A DNA stretch of 18,248 nt. It comes from Myxococcota bacterium. Lineage in GTDB: Bacteria > Myxococcota > XYA12-FULL-58-9 > JALHOP01. Made by a program: the position numbers and the translations under genes. This document shows, piece by piece, positions 13,443 through 18,248 of the stretch; position 1 is the stretch's first letter; each line of letters opens with the position of its first letter. Location: positions 1 through 18,248 of the forward strand of contig JBGGMJ010000204.1 in NCBI GenBank assembly GCA_041288095.1, read 5' to 3'. The notes beneath the pieces are model-generated. The model was not told the DNA's origin and made no database searches. It was given only the letters and a program-made list of their open reading frames with translations.

Positions 13443-16400
13443 TCATGGAGGCAAACGATACGTCACTTCACTGCGGAGGCGATCGACCACGACCGCGGCG
13501 ACATCACGGTCGTCACCGCTAACGCCGCGCGGTACCACCACGAGCTCCAACCGGTTGTCCCTTCCCTGGAAGCGTCGCGTGAGCGGGGCTGTGCCGTTCG
13601 AGACGCTGCTGTCCCACGCGATCGAAGCCAGCGCGCCGGCCGGGGCGTCGTTGGTGGCGAGGCTCTCCCAGGTGAACGGCCCGAGCATCCACAGCTCGCT
13701 GCCATCCACGACGTCACGCGATGCGAGATCGGCGACGAGCGCCAGCTCGAGGAGCGAGGCGTTCGGGTGCGTGATGTCGACCGTCACGGAGAGGTCCGCT
13801 ATGTCGGGCAGCGCCGCGTCGTGCAGATCGATGACCTGCGACCAGCGCTTGCCTACTCCCACCGAGGCAGCCGGAGTCTTGCAGACCGGCGTCCCACCGT
13901 TCACGGTGACGCACCAGCCATTGATGCTCGCGGCGTCGGTGGCGCTGGTGTTGCGCACCCCGAGCTTGAAGCGCCGATTGGGCGTCTCTCCCACCATCGC
14001 CACCGAATAACCGGTCGGCGTGAACGGGATGGCGGCGCCGCCCAGCGCGTCGAGCACGACGCTGCGCCGTGGATCGACGCTGAAGGCCTGCCCTCCAGCC
14101 TGGGCCTCGACGCGGACGCGCCGCAAGATGCTGTTCGTTGGGTAGACATGCACGAAGTTGAGCGTCGTGCCGATGCTGAACGCCGGCGTGCAGTCATTGA
14201 GCGCGAGCGGCGCACCGTTGATGGTGAGCGACGCCTCGGCGGTGAGGTTTGGTTGCGCGACGCTGAGGGGGGAGTTGATGAAAGGCGCTCCGTTGAGGCT
14301 CAAGCACTGCGGGATCGCGAGGTTGACCAACCCTTCGCCGACCGCCACGGCCACGCGATAGTCGTCGTTGGGCAGCGCGATGCGCCAGGCGATGGTCGGC
14401 TGGCTCGTCGCCACCTGCCGCACCATGGTGCGGTAGCGCAGATCGGGCGAGTCCACTCCCGGGAGCAAGTCGACCCGTCCAGTCGCATCGATCGGTGCGC
14501 CGCCCGTGTCGACCCAGCCATACGTCGAACCGTTCGCACGCGCGCCGTAGGCGTCACCGTTGTCCACCCAATAACCGTCGGGTGTCTGCTCGAGCGGAGG
14601 CTGCATGTTGATGAACCAGCCGAGTGGTGCCTGCGCTCCGCCGCCGGCCGCGGCGAGCACGTGGGTCGCGCTCACGGCGGGACGGGTGCTCGCATTGAGC
14701 GCCCAGGTACCGTCCTCGGTCATGACGTTGGTGAACGCCGGCTGCGTGTCGATGAGCCCGCCGAACATGTAGACCCGGTAGCGCAGGTCGTCGTACGCCA
14801 TGGCGCCGAGCTGCCGTGATGCGTGGGGAGCGTCGGCGACATCGAGCTCGGCGTCGAGGACGCTCCACACACCGTCCTTGCGCAACCAAACGCTCTGACA
14901 GTGCGCCGAGCCGGACCCTTCGCACGAGCCGGTACCCGCGATGAGCACCCCACCATGCATGAGCACTCCCCGCCGCAGCGGGTCCCAGAGGAGTCGTGGC
15001 TGATAACGCGAGGTGATCTGAGGCATCGCTGTGGAGGTCATCACGCCGGTCGCGAGGTCGATGACGTATTCGGTGCCGACACCGAACGCGATCACCTTGT
15101 CGGCGTCTTCGTCGTAGGCCGCACCGAACAGGGGGAAGTCGGCGGCAAAACAGGGCAAGGTCCCGCCGCTCGTAGGCACGGGGTCCCACGTGCTCGTGCC
15201 GTCATTCCAAGCGCGCAGGACCGTGGCGGTGCAGCCGACCATCAAGACGCGCTCGCGCAAGCGATCGAAGACGAGACTGTGATGGACACTGGCCGGCCCG
15301 ACGGTCGTGCGCTGCGTCCACGCTGTCCCACTCCACTCCCAGGTGTCGTTGAGCGACCCGGCTCCACGTCCGCCGTGCAGCAAGATGGTCCCCGTCGTCG
15401 GCACGTAGACCGCGGCAGCGCCCATGCGCGGCGAGGGTCCGGTGCTCGCCACCATCGACCAGTGCGACGGCGTGCTCAGGTTGAGGCGGAACGTGTTGCC
15501 GCAGTTGCCACCGTTGGCGGCGCCCAAACATGTCGATCCGTCGTTCTTGCCACCGAAGAGCACGAGGGCGTCGGCTCCCGAGTCATAAACGAGCGAGGCC
15601 GCATACAACGCACCCGGTGTGCCGCCGGGAAGCTCGGTCCAACGAGCGTCCGCCCGCGCATCGAGCGTGCGAGCGTCACCGGTCGCCAAGGAGTCGTCAG
15701 CGTCACCGACGAGATGTTGCTCGAAGATTGTTGGCCCGAGCTCGCTGGTGGTGGCGCCGCGATGCGCGTGGAGCGGATGCGTCCTCGACACCATCGTGTA
15801 GACGACGTCGCGAACGGCACGCGGTTGCGACACGTTGCCGGCGCGATCGAGCAGCGCGACCCACACCGATGTCTCGTCATGGTCGATCGTCAGCTCGACC
15901 GCTTCGGCGGACGCACCGAGGGCGGTCACCGCGAGCGTGCTCGCCCCGCCACAGCGTGCGGCGTCCTGGCACAGCAAGAGATGTCCATACGCGGTGAAAC
16001 GACCTTCGTCGTTGTCCGTCCCGTCGACCGCGTACGCGGCGGCGCCAACGCGCACCGCTAGCCGTACCGGACCGTCGTCGACCGTCCCCCAGGGGTGACG
16101 CTCGTAGACCACGAGATCCGCCGTGTCGACGTCCACCGCCGTGGGCGACACGTTGTCGATGACGACGGTCGCGACCTCGAGTGTCGCGGCATTGCCGACG
16201 AGGTCCTCCACCAGTGCCTGAATCGCGTGAGGACCGTCTGCCGCCGGGGTCTGGATGACGCCCTCATAGACACGGGTAATCGCCCCCGCCGGCGAGATGC
16301 GCGTAAGATCGGCGTCGACATCCCAGCTCAGGATCGGGTCGTCACTCACCGATTCGTTCAAGACGAAGGCAACGCGCACGGTCGTCCCGGTGGTCGCGCG

Positions 16401-17237
16401 ACTCGCGGCGGGTAGCACGATGTCGGCGGGCGGCCGTAGACCGAGCTCGACCGATTCGACCGCGGGCGCTGTCGTGTCGAGAATCAATCCTTCGATTTGG
16501 TCGTCGCTCTCGTTGCCGGCCAGATCGACCATGTGCACGAGCACGCGCACTGGGCCCGAGGCGTCGAGCGCGGCGGGGGTGTAGCTGAAGCTGTAACTGG
16601 CGGCGTCGCTCGCGCTCTCGGCGACGACGGGAGCACGTGCGCCGTCGAACCACAGCAGCTCGACGCTCGGCGGCAGAATCGTCTCGTTCGCCGTGAGATC
16701 GATGGTGACGAGTTGATTGGGACCCGCGAGGGACGGCGTGACCTCTCCGAGGATCAAACGCGCCGGCGTAGCATCGACCTCGAGCGTGCCGAGCGCGAGC
16801 GGCGGCGTTGCGTTGCCAGCGACGTCGACGAGCTCGACGAACAGCGTGAAGCCACCATCGCTTGCGGCGGCGGCAACTTCGCCCGCGAACGCGAACGCTT
16901 GCGCATTGCTCGACACGTTCGTGAGGAGCGTGTCGCCCAGGCGCACGACCGGCGCGACGGCGAGCGGCTCCGAGACGTCGAAGGTCACGGTGAAGCGACC
17001 GCCAGGGCGGACCACGGACGGCTGGATGACGGGTGTACCCTGGATTGCCGGCGGTACGTCCTCGCCGCCGGTCGCGATGCAGCGCTGAAGTCCGCTCGCG
17101 CAGACAAAGCCGTCGGGGCAATCCGAGTTGGCTTCGCACGTGACCTGTGCGCCCTCGGGCACATCGAGCGACAACGAACAGGCGCTCAGGAACAAAGCGC
17201 AACCCAGGGCGCGAATGGACCAGTGCCGAGCAATCAT
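13443..17237 (-). CDS. Large multidomain surface lipoprotein (Cys-rich motif, Ig-like repeats, Kelch propeller, carbohydrate-binding-like module, P-domain-like module)
   Basis: Start re-called at ATG 17237 (MIARHWSIRALGCALFLSAC lipobox); C...SDCPDGFVC...C; repeated D.AGN / D.T.P Ig-like motifs; Kelch repeats (LVLFGG, ILLHGG...DTWEW, VYMFGG); 1264 aa. Confidence 0.85.
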   Translation of the reverse strand: MIARHWSIRALGCALFLSACSLSLDVPEGAQVTCEANSDCPDGFVCASGLQRCIATGGEDVPPAIQGTPVIQPSVVRPGGRFTVTFDVSEPLAVAPVVRLGDTLLTNVSSNAQAFAFAGEVAAAASDGGFTLFVELVDVAGNATPPLALGTLEVDATPARLILGEVTPSLAGPNQLVTIDLTANETILPPSVELLWFDGARAPVVAESASDAASYSFSYTPAALDASGPVRVLVHMVDLAGNESDDQIEGLILDTTAPAVESVELGLRPPADIVLPAASRATTGTTVRVAFVLNESVSDDPILSWDVDADLTRISPAGAITRVYEGVIQTPAADGPHAIQALVEDLVGNAATLEVATVVIDNVSPTAVDVDTADLVVYERHPWGTVDDGPVRLAVRVGAAAYAVDGTDNDEGRFTAYGHLLLCQDAARCGGASTLAVTALGASAEAVELTIDHDETSVWVALLDRAGNVSQPRAVRDVVYTMVSRTHPLHAHRGATTSELGPTIFEQHLVGDADDSLATGDARTLDARADARWTELPGGTPGALYAASLVYDSGADALVLFGGKNDGSTCLGAANGGNCGNTFRLNLSTPSHWSMVASTGPSPRMGAAAVYVPTTGTILLHGGRGAGSLNDTWEWSGTAWTQRTTVGPASVHHSLVFDRLRERVLMVGCTATVLRAWNDGTSTWDPVPTSGGTLPCFAADFPLFGAAYDEDADKVIAFGVGTEYVIDLATGVMTSTAMPQITSRYQPRLLWDPLRRGVLMHGGVLIAGTGSCEGSGSAHCQSVWLRKDGVWSVLDAELDVADAPHASRQLGAMAYDDLRYRVYMFGGLIDTQPAFTNVMTEDGTWALNASTRPAVSATHVLAAAGGGAQAPLGWFINMQPPLEQTPDGYWVDNGDAYGARANGSTYGWVDTGGAPIDATGRVDLLPGVDSPDLRYRTMVRQVATSQPTIAWRIALPNDDYRVAVAVGEGLVNLAIPQCLSLNGAPFINSPLSVAQPNLTAEASLTINGAPLALNDCTPAFSIGTTLNFVHVYPTNSILRRVRVEAQAGGQAFSVDPRRSVVLDALGGAAIPFTPTGYSVAMVGETPNRRFKLGVRNTSATDAASINGWCVTVNGGTPVCKTPAASVGVGKRWSQVIDLHDAALPDIADLSVTVDITHPNASLLELALVADLASRDVVDGSELWMLGPFTWESLATNDAPAGALASIAWDSSVSNGTAPLTRRFQGRDNRLELVVVPRGVSGDDRDVAAVVVDRLRSEVTYRLPP

Positions 17238-17315
17238 GGTGTCAAACCTAGCGCATTTTCGAGCTCCACAACTAACGCTGCCGACGGGCTCGTTCTCGTG
17301 GCAGAGTCCGTTCCC

Positions 17316-17726
17316 ATGACCCCCAGCGATCAGCGAAGTGTGGTGTGCGCGGCGGCTTTGATGGCGCTCCTCGTCGGCTGTGCGGCGGAGGGGCCTGATT
17401 GCGCCGCGTCGTTGCTGTACCGAGAGTCCGGCTACACCCTCGCCTCGCCGGTGGGCACCGAAGACGCGCCGACGGTCATCTTCTCCGACCCGTCTGGACA
17501 AGCACCCGACGCCTGTCACTACGCCCGCAATCAAGGCGACGAGTTCTGCACCGAAGACGGTGGCTGGGTCGACAAGAACCCCGGGCAGCGCACCGGCATC
17601 GTCACCGTGACGCCGTTGAATCATGCCTGCGGTGGCTACGTCGTCGGCAGCTCCTACGACCTCAGCTATTCGTTCGACCAAGTGCCCTCGCTGCTCTGGA
17701 TCGAGGGCTGGAGCAACAACCAGTAG
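17316..17726 (+). CDS. Small predicted lipoprotein, four further Cys residues in the mature part
   Basis: C-terminal part of track ORF 16497..17726; ATG at 17316, hydrophobic AAALMALLVGC lipobox; fits the gap between neighbouring genes. Confidence 0.7.
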   Translation: MTPSDQRSVVCAAALMALLVGCAAEGPDCAASLLYRESGYTLASPVGTEDAPTVIFSDPSGQAPDACHYARNQGDEFCTEDGGWVDKNPGQRTGIVTVTPLNHACGGYVVGSSYDLSYSFDQVPSLLWIEGWSNNQ

Positions 17727-17793
17727 CGAGCGTCTGACAGCCTGGCAGACGCCGCCGGAGCAACGTTTCCCGTGGGTGCCTGTTTGAGCAGGC

Positions 17794-18248
17794 ATGCTCT
17801 TCCTCGCCCAGCAAGTCGCCAGGAACCGTCTGGTTCAGTTCGCGGTCATCGGATGCGCGTTGTTCACGCTGGCTCCGTCACCGCCGTCGCGTCGGATCGA
17901 GATCAGTCGCGAGGCGTTGAGCTCGATGCAGGCCGCGCATGCGCGGCGCCTGGGTGTCGCCGAGCTCACATCCGAGCAGGCCCGCGAGGTGGCGATGCGG
18001 GCGCTCGAGGACGAGCTGCTCTATCGCGAAGGCTTGCGACTGGGCCTCGAGCGCGACGACCCCGTGATCCGCCAGTACCTCGTCAACAAGGTGCTGTTCC
18101 TCGCTGAAGACTTGGCGGGCACGGCGCGGCCGTCGAGTGAGCAGGAGCTGCGCGCGCACTATGAGGCGCACCACGAGCGCTGGCGCAGACCAAGCGCGGT
18201 TCGCTTCGTGCACGTCTTCGCTTCGTCGGCGCATCGCGAGGTCCTCGA
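17794..18248 (+). CDS. PpiC/parvulin-type peptidyl-prolyl isomerase family protein, partial
   Basis: Manual translation: MLFLAQQVARNRLVQFAVIGCALF...EDELLYREGLRLGLERDDPVIRQYLVNKVLFLAED...SEQELRAHYEAH...VRFVHVF; open to the window edge. Confidence 0.82.
   Translation, partial: MLFLAQQVARNRLVQFAVIGCALFTLAPSPPSRRIEISREALSSMQAAHARRLGVAELTSEQAREVAMRALEDELLYREGLRLGLERDDPVIRQYLVNKVLFLAEDLAGTARPSSEQELRAHYEAHHERWRRPSAVRFVHVFASSAHREVL

Noticed and set aside
13311..16061. 502-aa and 412-aa plus-strand ORFs
   Set aside because: Antisense shadows of the large lipoprotein gene.
17238..17795. N-terminal 186 aa of the 1450-aa track ORF
   Set aside because: Overlaps the plus-strand lipoprotein gene; a clear signal peptide and lipobox begin at ATG 17237.

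Overview
High-GC bacterial DNA, probably from a Myxococcota-like deltaproteobacterium (inferred from the FHA protein, sigma54 activator and Cys-rich/Kelch/beta-propeller lipoproteins). Left to right: (1) a minus-strand rpiA-atoE-lipoprotein-histidine phosphatase operon; (2) a divergent tRNA-Glu(TTC); (3) a ~2.6 kb accessory stretch carrying higBA, a stand-alone peptidase-propeptide-like ORF and vapBC, separated by four degenerate copies of a non-coding repeat; (4) an FHA-domain gene; (5) a likely sigma54-driven operon (shortened C4 zinc-ribbon protein, pckG, SAM methyltransferase) downstream of an enhancer-binding protein with a degenerate receiver domain; (6) a PhaZ7/lipase-like hydrolase; (7) two large surface lipoproteins, a small lipoprotein and a partial PpiC-type protein. 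The best candidate for an undescribed system is region 3. Three of its repeat copies begin with a tRNA-Glu 3'-end-like core followed by a conserved hairpin with a compensatory base-pair change, which suggests tandem, integrase-less cargo islets accreted at the tRNA. All calls come from reading the sequence by eye; no database searches were run.
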